NCBI GenBank assembly: GCA_963815675.1
Contig: CAWFHP010000005.1
Span: forward strand, 42,850-106,849
Length of the DNA: 64,000 nt
Direction: 5' to 3'
DNA from: an uncultured Acidobacteriota bacterium
Lineage (GTDB): Bacteria > Acidobacteriota > Vicinamibacteria > Marinacidobacterales > SMYC01
The position numbers and the translations under genes were made by a program. The notes beneath the pieces are model-generated. The model ran no database searches. It saw only the letters and a list, made by a program, of their open reading frames with translations, and was not told the DNA's origin. Positions 7,700-15,897 of this stretch are shown here, in pieces (position 1 is the stretch's first letter; every line of letters begins with the position of its first letter).

Positions 7700-9733
7700 T
7701 CAGCGAGGCCGCTTCGTGTCCCAGTACTTGGCGATTCGATTGGCGGCGTCGGAAGCCGAGACGTAGGCCTCGGCCCGAAGTTTTTCGCGGCCGAGGCGTG
7801 CGTCGAAGGTGAAGGTCCGCGGGGGAAGCGATATCGAGTCGCCGAAGCGAGGTGCCTGGGCATCCAGAGTCACCGAATAGGTCCGGATGACGAAGGTATT
7901 GCCGAACTGCTCTTCGGTGCGGGCCTCGACCTCCTCCGTCTCGATGTCGACGAGGACGTCGGCCCTGGGCCCCCGAGTGACCTGCATCCCGTTTTTCTCC
8001 AGCTCTTCTTGAAGCGACGCGCGAAGGGCTCCGCAGGCGTCCTTCAGTCCCGCACATTCGATGCTGACCGCAGGGTGCTCCGGAACGGGTGCCTCTGCCA
8101 GAGGTGCCGCGCGAGGCTGCGTCGTCGGAGGTGGGCTCGACACCACGGCCGGCTCGGATGTGGCCGGGCGTGTCGACGCCGATGCCGAGGAAGGCGGTTT
8201 CGGGCTGGGCTTTCCCGGTGGCGGGAGGCTCGTCGCCGGTTTTTCCGGCTCCGGCTCCGGCTCGCTCGGAGGCGAAGCGATCGGCGCGGCGGCCATCGTT
8301 TCGGCTCCCGTTCCTCCTCCCGACCCGTCTCCCTCCGCGTCCACGGGAGCTGGAGTCGCGGACTCCGTCTCGTTCGCTCCCGCCTCTTCCGGGAGCTCCG
8401 TTTCCGAGGGCATGGTGGGCGCCAGCGACGCTTCCTGCGTGGACGAAGTCTCGGTGCCGCGGTACCAGCTCCACAACAGTGCGCCCGCACCGGCGAGGAG
8501 AAGAAACACCACGGCGAGAACGGCAATGAGCGGCCCGCGAGACGGAGTCTCGTATCTCATCGGAGGCGGCGGGGCGGGCGGTACCGGACCTTCCACCTCA
8601 CGCGCGCGCACCGTACCGCTGTCCATCCTCTTGGTGCCTTCGGCGGCGACCGGAGGAGGCGGCGGAAACGGTATCGGGGCGGGCGCCGCGGCGGAGGCTC
8701 CTCCCGCCATGGTCGCGGCAGCGGTCGCCTCGACGGTGGCATCGCCGTACGGCGGCACGGTCGCGACCGTGGGATCGAGGACGCGATGCGCATCGGTCTC
8801 GACGAGGGCGGTGAGGGACTTCGAGAGCTCGTCGGCGCTCTGAAACCTCTTGCTCGGATCCTTCTCCAGACACCGTAGCACGAGCCTCTCGAGCTCGGGT
8901 GATATGCCGCCTTTCAAAGTCGAGGGCGGTCGCGGCGCTTCGGTGAGATGTTTCACCAGAATCGAGGGAACGGACTTGTCGTCGAAGGGCACCTTTCCCA
9001 CGAGCATCTCGTAAAGGATAACGCCGAGCGCGTACAGGTCGCTTCTCTGATCGGCGGGCCCACCTTTGGCCTGCTCGGCCGACATGTAATGCGGCGTTCC
9101 CAGCACCATACCCGTCGCCGTGAGACCGGGTTTGTCGGGCTCGAGCGTCTTCGCGATCCCGAAGTCCAGAATCTTCGGGCACTCGTTCCCGTCGCTGTCG
9201 CGATAGACCATGATGTTCTGCGGTTTGAGGTCGCGATGGACGATTCCGTTGCGGTGCGCGAGCGACAGAGCGCTCGCGACGCCCTTCACGAACCGCATCG
9301 CCCGCGCCGGCTCCCAGGGTCCCTCGCTCTGAATCGACTGCTTGAGGCTCTTCCCGTCGACGAGCTCCATGATGATGTAGAGCGTTCCGTCCTTGTCCTG
9401 TCCGAGATCGTGCACGGTGACGATGTATGGATGGGAGAGCTTCGCCGCCGCCCTGGCTTCGCGCAAGAAGCGCTCCACCATGTCGTGAGAGGTCACCAGC
9501 TCGGGCCGGATGAGCTTGATGGCGATCGGCTTGTTCAGGAGAACGTGCGTCCCCCGATAGACCGAGCCCATTCCCCCCCGGGTTAGAAAATCGTCGATTC
9601 GATACTTGCCGTCGAGGACCCGTCCAATCGTCTGTTCTTCCGGAGAGACCGTGTCCTGAAGGATGCTTCCATCGTCGGGGCAAACCCGGTCGTTCGAGGC
9701 AAACTCCCGTCCGCACTTTGGGCACTTACGCAT
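7700..9733 (-). CDS. Membrane Ser/Thr protein kinase: N-terminal zinc ribbon, Hanks kinase domain, Pro-rich linker, one TM helix, low-complexity segment, C-terminal extracytoplasmic domain
   Basis: CPKCGREF..CPDDG; kinase motifs GGMGSVYRG, AIK, HRDLKPQNIM, DFGIA, GTPHYMSAEQ; TM segment LIAVLAVVFLLLAGAGALLW. Confidence 0.85.
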   Translation of the reverse strand: MRKCPKCGREFASNDRVCPDDGSILQDTVSPEEQTIGRVLDGKYRIDDFLTRGGMGSVYRGTHVLLNKPIAIKLIRPELVTSHDMVERFLREARAAAKLSHPYIVTVHDLGQDKDGTLYIIMELVDGKSLKQSIQSEGPWEPARAMRFVKGVASALSLAHRNGIVHRDLKPQNIMVYRDSDGNECPKILDFGIAKTLEPDKPGLTATGMVLGTPHYMSAEQAKGGPADQRSDLYALGVILYEMLVGKVPFDDKSVPSILVKHLTEAPRPPSTLKGGISPELERLVLRCLEKDPSKRFQSADELSKSLTALVETDAHRVLDPTVATVPPYGDATVEATAAATMAGGASAAAPAPIPFPPPPPVAAEGTKRMDSGTVRAREVEGPVPPAPPPPMRYETPSRGPLIAVLAVVFLLLAGAGALLWSWYRGTETSSTQEASLAPTMPSETELPEEAGANETESATPAPVDAEGDGSGGGTGAETMAAAPIASPPSEPEPEPEKPATSLPPPGKPSPKPPSSASASTRPATSEPAVVSSPPPTTQPRAAPLAEAPVPEHPAVSIECAGLKDACGALRASLQEELEKNGMQVTRGPRADVLVDIETEEVEARTEEQFGNTFVIRTYSVTLDAQAPRFGDSISLPPRTFTFDARLGREKLRAEAYVSASDAANRIAKYWDTKRPR

Positions 9734-9795
9734 ACCTAGATGCTACGCGCGGGCCGGTCGCGGAATCAACCGCTCTCCTGGGCTTTGGCGGGGCC

Positions 9796-11679
9796 TCAGG
9801 GGTTCAAAACCTCCACCTCGAGAAAGGAAGGGCGTGACCTCGAATGGAACACGCGCTCGGTCGCCTCGCGGTAGTCGGCGGGCTTGGCGTGGTAGATGTC
9901 GACGAACGTCTGGGGATTGCGGTCGACGAGCGGAAACCAGGAGCTCTGAACCTGCACCATGATCCGGTGGCCCCTCTTGAAGGTGTGGAGCACGTCTTGA
10001 AGCGTGAACGACACCGGAGTGGCCTCGTTGGGAACGAACGGCTTTGGCCGCGCGAGATCTTCGCGGAATTTGCCGCGAAGCACGTCTCCGCGCACCAGCA
10101 TCTGGTAACCACCGAGCCTCACGTTGTCCGGGTTGGGAGCCGGGTCGGGGGTGTCTTCGGGGAGGACGTCGACGAGCTTCACCACCCAGTCGGAGTCGGT
10201 TCCCGACGTCGACAACGTGAAGCTCACATCGATCGGCCCCGCGACGGTCACGTCCCGGTCGAGGGGGACGGTCTCGTACACGAGCACGTCGGGGCGCCTC
10301 GAGGCGAAGCGTTGGTCTTCGAGCATGTACGCGCGGTTGTACCACTGCGCGATCTGGCCGGTGTAGGGAACGGGTTTGTCGGGGTCGCTCACGTACTCGT
10401 CATCCTCCGCTTCCCCGTCGCGCGGCGGCTCGAACGAGAGTCCTCCGTTCTCGTGGAGGTAGAGCTTCCTCGATTCGCCCCCCGGAGGCGGCCAGCTCGG
10501 ATAACGCCTCCACTGATCCGCGCCGGTGTCGAAGACGGTGGCTTCGGCGAGATCGAGCTCCCCCTCGCCTTTCAAGTAATGGTTGAAGAAGGGAAGCTCC
10601 ACGTGCTCGGTATAGTAGTCGGCGGTTCTCGACCCGAAGTCGATGGCGCCCAGCTCTTCGCCGTCGGTTCGTGCCCATTCTCCATGGGACCAGGGACCCA
10701 TGACGAGGGAATTCGTCGCTCCCGGATTGTTCTTCTCGATCGACTGGTAGGTGTGGAGCGCGCCGTAGAGATTCTCGGCGTCGAACCAGCCTCCCACGAC
10801 GAGCATCGCCGGCTTGATGTTGCGGAGGTGAGGAAGAATGTCGCGGGCGGCCCAGAAGGAATCCCACGTTCCATGCGACATGAGCTGGTTCCAGAATGCC
10901 ACCTTGCCATTCATGTACTCCGCGTCGGCGTTCGAGAGCACGCCGAGCTGGAGAAAGAACTCATAGCCGTCGGGAGTGGGATAGTCGAACCCCGGGTCGG
11001 GCTCGCTCTTGGGCTGCGGCCGCGGCCATCCGAATTTGACGTAGAAGTTGAAGGCATGGGAGAGGAGAAACGCTCCGTTGTGGAACCAGTCGTCTCCGCC
11101 CATCCATTGGGAGACGGGGGCCTGGGGTGAAACCGCTTTCACCGCGGGATGGGCGTCGATGGCGCCCATCGAGCTGTAGAAGCCCGGATAGGAGATGCCG
11201 CTGATTCCGACTTTCCCGTTGTTCGCGGGCACGTTTTTCACCAGCCAGTCGACGGTGTCGTAGGTGTCGGTCGTCTCGTCGATGTCCTTGGGCGACTTCT
11301 TGTCGGGGATGTAAGGACGCACGTTCACGAACTCGCCTTCCGACATGTACCGACCGCGGACGTCCTGGTAGGCCATGACGTAGCCGTCGCGGAAATAGCG
11401 GGCGCGCTGGTTGCCGGCATCGCCGAGGTAGGCATCGACCCCATACGGACGCACGCTGTACGGCGTGCGCATCAATAGGATGGGATACTGCTTCGACCGG
11501 TCTTTGGGCACGTAGACGACGGTGAAGAGCTTCACCCCGTCGCGCATCTCGATACGATGCTCGTATTTGGTGTAGTGCTGCCGGATGTACGCGCCGTCCT
11601 GGGGCGACGCGGTGGACGGGGCGAGGGCAAAGGCAATGAGCCAGGGGGAAACGAGAAGTCCTATCGCACGCTGTCTCAC
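9796..11679 (-). CDS. CocE/NonD-family hydrolase (S15 X-Pro dipeptidyl-peptidase-like), secreted
   Basis: 627 aa with a signal peptide. GISYPGF nucleophile elbow and overall S15/CocE architecture. Confidence 0.75.
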   Translation of the reverse strand: MRQRAIGLLVSPWLIAFALAPSTASPQDGAYIRQHYTKYEHRIEMRDGVKLFTVVYVPKDRSKQYPILLMRTPYSVRPYGVDAYLGDAGNQRARYFRDGYVMAYQDVRGRYMSEGEFVNVRPYIPDKKSPKDIDETTDTYDTVDWLVKNVPANNGKVGISGISYPGFYSSMGAIDAHPAVKAVSPQAPVSQWMGGDDWFHNGAFLLSHAFNFYVKFGWPRPQPKSEPDPGFDYPTPDGYEFFLQLGVLSNADAEYMNGKVAFWNQLMSHGTWDSFWAARDILPHLRNIKPAMLVVGGWFDAENLYGALHTYQSIEKNNPGATNSLVMGPWSHGEWARTDGEELGAIDFGSRTADYYTEHVELPFFNHYLKGEGELDLAEATVFDTGADQWRRYPSWPPPGGESRKLYLHENGGLSFEPPRDGEAEDDEYVSDPDKPVPYTGQIAQWYNRAYMLEDQRFASRRPDVLVYETVPLDRDVTVAGPIDVSFTLSTSGTDSDWVVKLVDVLPEDTPDPAPNPDNVRLGGYQMLVRGDVLRGKFREDLARPKPFVPNEATPVSFTLQDVLHTFKRGHRIMVQVQSSWFPLVDRNPQTFVDIYHAKPADYREATERVFHSRSRPSFLEVEVLNP

Positions 11680-11795
11680 GGTTCTCCTTTTTCTTCCAGA
11701 TGAAAGCCAGAGTCGTCCGAGCTCGAAGCCCGGCCGGAGTCGGGGGCATCTGCCCTGGAATCTATTCGATTCAGCAGGAAGGACTCAAGCGTCGT

Positions 11796-12230
11796 TCACT
11801 CTTCGTCCCCGACAGACGCGGCGGCGTCAGCGGCCGCGAGCTTCGCCAGATAGAGTATGGTGGCGCGGATCTTGTGGCTGTCCGCGATGTCTCGCAAGTG
11901 CCCCGCGAGCCACTCGGGTTGCGCTCCAACGCTCTCGATGTGACGTTCCGCGATGGATTGAACTTCGCTCGAGCTATGCCGTTGCCCCGTCGGCTGGATC
12001 GAATTTCGCGCACTGCCCGAACATCCGCCGAAAACGAGTTCATACTCCAGACCCGCGGAGTCGATGAGCCGGTCTTCCGCCGCGAACGGCGTTGCGTGAA
12101 GCCCGGGGTCGAGCTCCCACTCGTCCTGGTCGCGCACCACTCGCAGCTCAGCCCGGCCCGCGTACCGCACGAGCGCCGGCCACGCCGGCCGGATCGAGGA
12201 AGCGTCAGCCGTTCCCCCGGTCATCGTCAC
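11796..12230 (-). CDS. Hypothetical protein (144 aa)
   Basis: GTG-initiated ORF with no recognisable motif; called only because the region is otherwise unoccupied. Confidence 0.25.
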   Translation of the reverse strand: MTMTGGTADASSIRPAWPALVRYAGRAELRVVRDQDEWELDPGLHATPFAAEDRLIDSAGLEYELVFGGCSGSARNSIQPTGQRHSSSEVQSIAERHIESVGAQPEWLAGHLRDIADSHKIRATILYLAKLAAADAAASVGDEE

Positions 12231-12402
12231 AGCCCACTAGAGACCTTCATCGATTGGCTCGCCGAGACGCCCTCCATGGTCACTCCTCGGCACTATGGCA
12301 CTATGCTAGCCGAAAACAGCCACGGCATCTCCTGCGGGCCGAGCTGTCTTGCCTGGAACCGCGACTCGTCACCTTCATCCGCTCCGCTCGACACCAGGAG
12401 TC

Positions 12403-12929
12403 TCATTTCACCGGCGGGTCGACCTTGCGGGAATTCCACGTCAGATACTGCTTGAATGCCTCCGGTGCGCCGGGGGGCGCGACGTCGAACTCTCCCTTCA
12501 ACAACCCGCCGGCGGCGAGCTCGTAGCTGAGACGGTATCTCGGTTCGCCGGCAATCGCTTCGCTCAGGAACAGGGCTCGACCCGCCGCCGGCGAGGTGAC
12601 GAGGTAGCGAATGACGTGCCCCTCGCTGTCGTAGTAGTCGGCCCGAGAGCCGCCGGACGTCGCATAGATGATCGTCGAGATCGTCGTGGCGCGATGCCGG
12701 CTTGCCGGCCGCCGCGGGGTATTCCGGCGAAGCTCGTTCTCAGGATCACTCGCCCCTGCAGCTCTCTCGTGAACGCGGACGTGCCGGATGCCGCTCCCGG
12801 CTGTCCCGCCCCCTCTGCCGCCCACGTCCCGATCAGAAACTCGAAGAGCTCGAGATCGGCGGGCGCCGCTGCCTCGATCGGCCGGAAGGCGAACAGGGCT
12901 GCCAGGAGCGTCCAGGCCGGAATGACCAC
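12403..12929 (-). pseudogene. Secreted DUF1579-like (lipocalin-like) protein, disrupted by one frameshift
   Basis: N-terminal piece (signal peptide then ELFEFLIGTWAAEG) is in ORF 12564..12929. The C-terminal piece (YYDSEGHVIRYLVTSPAAGRALFL...) is in the overlapping ORF 12403..12825 in a different frame. Confidence 0.4.
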
Positions 12930-12957
12930 GCGAACCCCCTCTCTCGTGACGAGGCCT

Positions 12958-14109
12958 TCAGAACTCGCGAATGCGCGCGACGTCGGCCGCGGAGAGATTC
13001 TCGATCATCTTCACGACGAGCTCGACCGTGTGGTCGTAATCGGCGCGGTCGATGACGCCCGACTGGCTGTGTCCGTATCGCGTAGGCACACCGATGTTGA
13101 CCGCGGGAATGCCCTCCAGGGACTTCTGGAGCATGGCGCCGTCCTCGCCGTATCCGCTCACCGACTCGAACTGGATGGGAATTCCGCTCTTTTTCGCGAG
13201 CTCGATGATCCAGTCGACGTACTTGTTATTGGGGATCATGCTTCCGTCGAAGACGAAGACACCCGGTCCTTTTCCGAGCTCCTCCTGAGACAGGGTTTTC
13301 GACGTCAGCAGGGGGAAGTCGCTCGCGATTCCAATCTCGAGATTGATGACGATGTCGGGCTTGGTGCTCGCCGCCACGACCGACGCGCCGCGAAGGCCGA
13401 TCTCCTCTTGCACCGTCGCCGCCACCAGGAGGGTATTGGGGTGAGCCCCCGAGTGAAGCTGCGCGATTGCCTGGGTGATCACCGCGAGGCCCACGCGATC
13501 GTCCCATGCCTTCGCCAGGTAACGTCCGGTGGCCCCAAGCTTCTCGAACCGGGTCGCGTAGGCGACGGGGAGTCCCGGGCGGATACCCATCGCCTCGACC
13601 TCGGCCCGGCTCTTCGCCCCTACGTCGAGGAACATGTCGGCGAGGGGAATCATGCGGGTGCGCTCGTCGGGCCGGAGGATATGTCCCGATTTCATCCCGG
13701 TGTAGCCCAACACTTCGCCTCGCGCCGTCAGAATCGACATGCGCTGCGTGAGGACGCTCTGATCGAAGTAGCCGCCTACATTATTAATGGAAATGAACCC
13801 GTTCTCATCGATGTGGCGTACGAGGAATCCGACCTCGTCCATGTGGGCCATGACGAGGACCCGGGGCGATCCCTCGGGTCCCGGGAGCGATCCGATGAGA
13901 TTCCCGATTCCATCGGCGTGAAGGTCGGTCACGTCGTCGCGCCACTCGCGCCGCACGATTTCACGAACCGGTCCCTCGAATCCGGGAACGCCGTGGGCGT
14001 TGGTGAGCTCCTCGAGGAGCCGCTCGGTCGCGTCTCGTTGCGCGATCGCCGGGCTCGCGAGGACGAAACCCAGGGCCAGAACGGCTGCCACGACGGCAAT
14101 GGTCCTCAT
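12958..14109 (-). CDS. M42-family aminopeptidase (FrvX/glutamyl aminopeptidase-like), secreted
   Basis: Signal peptide MRTIAVVAAVLALGFVLASPAIAQ; M42 core (VLVMAHMDEVGF...EEIGLRGA). GGAGG upstream of the ATG. ATGA overlap with the upstream rhodanese gene. Confidence 0.75.
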   Translation of the reverse strand: MRTIAVVAAVLALGFVLASPAIAQRDATERLLEELTNAHGVPGFEGPVREIVRREWRDDVTDLHADGIGNLIGSLPGPEGSPRVLVMAHMDEVGFLVRHIDENGFISINNVGGYFDQSVLTQRMSILTARGEVLGYTGMKSGHILRPDERTRMIPLADMFLDVGAKSRAEVEAMGIRPGLPVAYATRFEKLGATGRYLAKAWDDRVGLAVITQAIAQLHSGAHPNTLLVAATVQEEIGLRGASVVAASTKPDIVINLEIGIASDFPLLTSKTLSQEELGKGPGVFVFDGSMIPNNKYVDWIIELAKKSGIPIQFESVSGYGEDGAMLQKSLEGIPAVNIGVPTRYGHSQSGVIDRADYDHTVELVVKMIENLSAADVARIREF

Positions 14110-14996
14110 CCCTTTCCTCCTTCTCCCGTTTCGATCGGCCTGCGCTCGTCCGCGCACCATTCGGACCATGAGCCGGCGTATAGCCGCACGCCCCGGATTC
14201 CCGCGACCTCCATGGCTAGGAGATTGTGGCAGGCCGTGACACCTGACCCGCAGTAGGAAACGACCGACGATGGCGGGGTCTCCTTGATGAGCGAGCGAAA
14301 CCTCTCGCCCAGCGTCTCGGCGGAGAGGAATCGTCCGTCGGGTCCGAGGCTCGACGCGGTCGGATGGTTGCCAGCGCCGGGAATGTGTCCCGCTACGGGG
14401 TCGAGGGTCTCGAGCTCGCCTCGAAACCGCTCGCGTGCGCGTGCGTCGATGAGGAGAAAATCGGCGAGGGAGGCCTCGAGAGCCTCGACGTCGATGCGCA
14501 TGGAATCCCGACGGTGCGGGACGAACTCGCGCTCGGTCCTGGTTTCGCGCCCGCGCGCGACGGGACGATTCTCGCCGAGCCAGGCAGCGAGTCCGCCGTC
14601 GAGAACGGCGACAGCGTCGTGCCCGAGGTAGCGCAGCATCCACCACAGGCGCGACGCGATCCTCCCTTCGGACGTATCGTAGACGACCACCTGGACGCTC
14701 TCGTCGATTCCCCACCGGGAGAACCGCTCGGTCATTTGGTCGAGGCCCGGCATGGGGTGGCGTCCGTTTCGTCCCGTGATCGGTCCGGAGAGATCGCGGT
14801 CGAGGTCCGCGTAGACCGCGCCCGGGATGTGCGCCACGAGATACTCGGCCTCGGCCCTGGCAGGCTCGGCGAGATAGAAGCGGGCATCGATGACGGTCCA
14901 GTCGGGATCCCGCAGTCGCGGCTCGAGCTCGGACGTCTGGATCAGATCACCTGTGCACGTGGCGACAAGGATGTTCCAACGTTCGTGAAAACGCAA
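14106..14996 (-). CDS. sseA: Thiosulfate/3-mercaptopyruvate sulfurtransferase (tandem rhodanese domains)
   Basis: Matches E. coli SseA across two rhodanese domains with CGSGVTA active-site loop. Proposed TTG start at 14996; the long N-terminal extension of ORF 14106..15590 is rejected. Confidence 0.65.
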   Translation of the reverse strand: MRFHERWNILVATCTGDLIQTSELEPRLRDPDWTVIDARFYLAEPARAEAEYLVAHIPGAVYADLDRDLSGPITGRNGRHPMPGLDQMTERFSRWGIDESVQVVVYDTSEGRIASRLWWMLRYLGHDAVAVLDGGLAAWLGENRPVARGRETRTEREFVPHRRDSMRIDVEALEASLADFLLIDARARERFRGELETLDPVAGHIPGAGNHPTASSLGPDGRFLSAETLGERFRSLIKETPPSSVVSYCGSGVTACHNLLAMEVAGIRGVRLYAGSWSEWCADERRPIETGEGGKG

Positions 14997-15026
14997 CCTC
15001 GCTGCCTTTCGAGATATGATTCGAGG

Positions 15027-15491
15027 ATGACGATTCTCCTGGCGATCTACGTCCTCGCCGCCGCGATGGGGCAGGCGATTCGGGATCCCGCGACCATCGA
15101 CGTTTGCAAGCAGGTCCCCGGGGACGGCGTGGCGAAGCTCTTCGGAAAAGAGCTCAAGGAGGCACGGCCAATCACGTCGAAGGAAGAATTCAGTCGCTGC
15201 GTCTATATCCTCTCGAACCCGGGCTCCAACGATTCCGCCGCCGGATTCACGCTGTGGCTCTATACCCCGGCGAACTACCAGGAGCTCCTCGAGTACACCG
15301 AGGGCATCGTCGAAAAACCGAAAGGCCTGGGAGACGACGCCGTGCTCTTCGTCGACGCGGGCGACGGCCGCTCCAAGTTGAGGGTTCTGGTGAAGGACCG
15401 CTTCAGCTTCGAAGCGACCGCCGCGGACGCTGATTCGGCCAAGAAGCTCGCGAAGTTCGCGCTCGAGCGATTTCTCGCGATGGGCCGTTAG
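15027..15491 (+). CDS. Secreted hypothetical protein (154 aa)
   Basis: ATG start with signal peptide MTILLAIYVLAAAMGQA and non-biased composition, in contrast to the overlapping antisense ORF. Confidence 0.45.
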   Translation: MTILLAIYVLAAAMGQAIRDPATIDVCKQVPGDGVAKLFGKELKEARPITSKEEFSRCVYILSNPGSNDSAAGFTLWLYTPANYQELLEYTEGIVEKPKGLGDDAVLFVDAGDGRSKLRVLVKDRFSFEATAADADSAKKLAKFALERFLAMGR

Positions 15492-15570
15492 GCTTCTCCG
15501 GTCTTGACTTGACCGCGGACCGCGCATCGCGGTAGTGTGTAGATTCCTACATAGATAGGATACTACTCGA

Positions 15571-15894
15571 ATGAATCTCACCTTTCCCACCGCGCTCGTG
15601 CTCCAGGCCCTCTTCCGGGGTCACCACCACGGCTTCGAGATCATGGACGTGACCGGCCTTGCCAGCGGAACGGTGTATCCGCTGCTGCGGCGGCTCGACC
15701 GCGAGGGTCTCCTTTCGTCCCGCTGGGAGAAGCCCGCGGTCGCTCGAAGAGAGCAGCGGCCCTCCCGCCGGTACTACCAACTCACCGCCGCGGGAGAGGC
15801 GGTCCGGCTTTCGTGCCTCGACCGATTTCACGCGGTCGAGAGTCTCGTCGCCGTACCGGCGACCAAGCTGCGAGCGGCGCGGTCGGAGACGTGA
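15571..15894 (+). CDS. PadR-family transcriptional regulator (Acidobacterial type)
   Basis: HGFEIMDVTGLASGTVYPLLRRLDREGLL winged-helix signature. Sits 3 nt upstream of the ADOP permease. Confidence 0.8.
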   Translation: MNLTFPTALVLQALFRGHHHGFEIMDVTGLASGTVYPLLRRLDREGLLSSRWEKPAVARREQRPSRRYYQLTAAGEAVRLSCLDRFHAVESLVAVPATKLRAARSET

Positions 15895-15897
15895 CCG

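Noticed and set aside
11700-12455. Plus-strand ORF 11700..12455 (251 aa)
   Set aside because: Arg-rich junk overlapping a more protein-like minus-strand ORF. Neither is well supported; only the minus-strand ORF is reported, at low confidence.
14997-15590. N-terminal ~200 aa extension of the rhodanese ORF; similar extensions of the SGNH hydrolase (to 45693), panE (to 53816), M42 (to 14715) and the alpha/beta hydrolase (to 61168) ORFs
   Set aside because: The extensions are low-complexity and overlap independent genes. Homologue lengths and signal peptides/RBSs support the internal starts.
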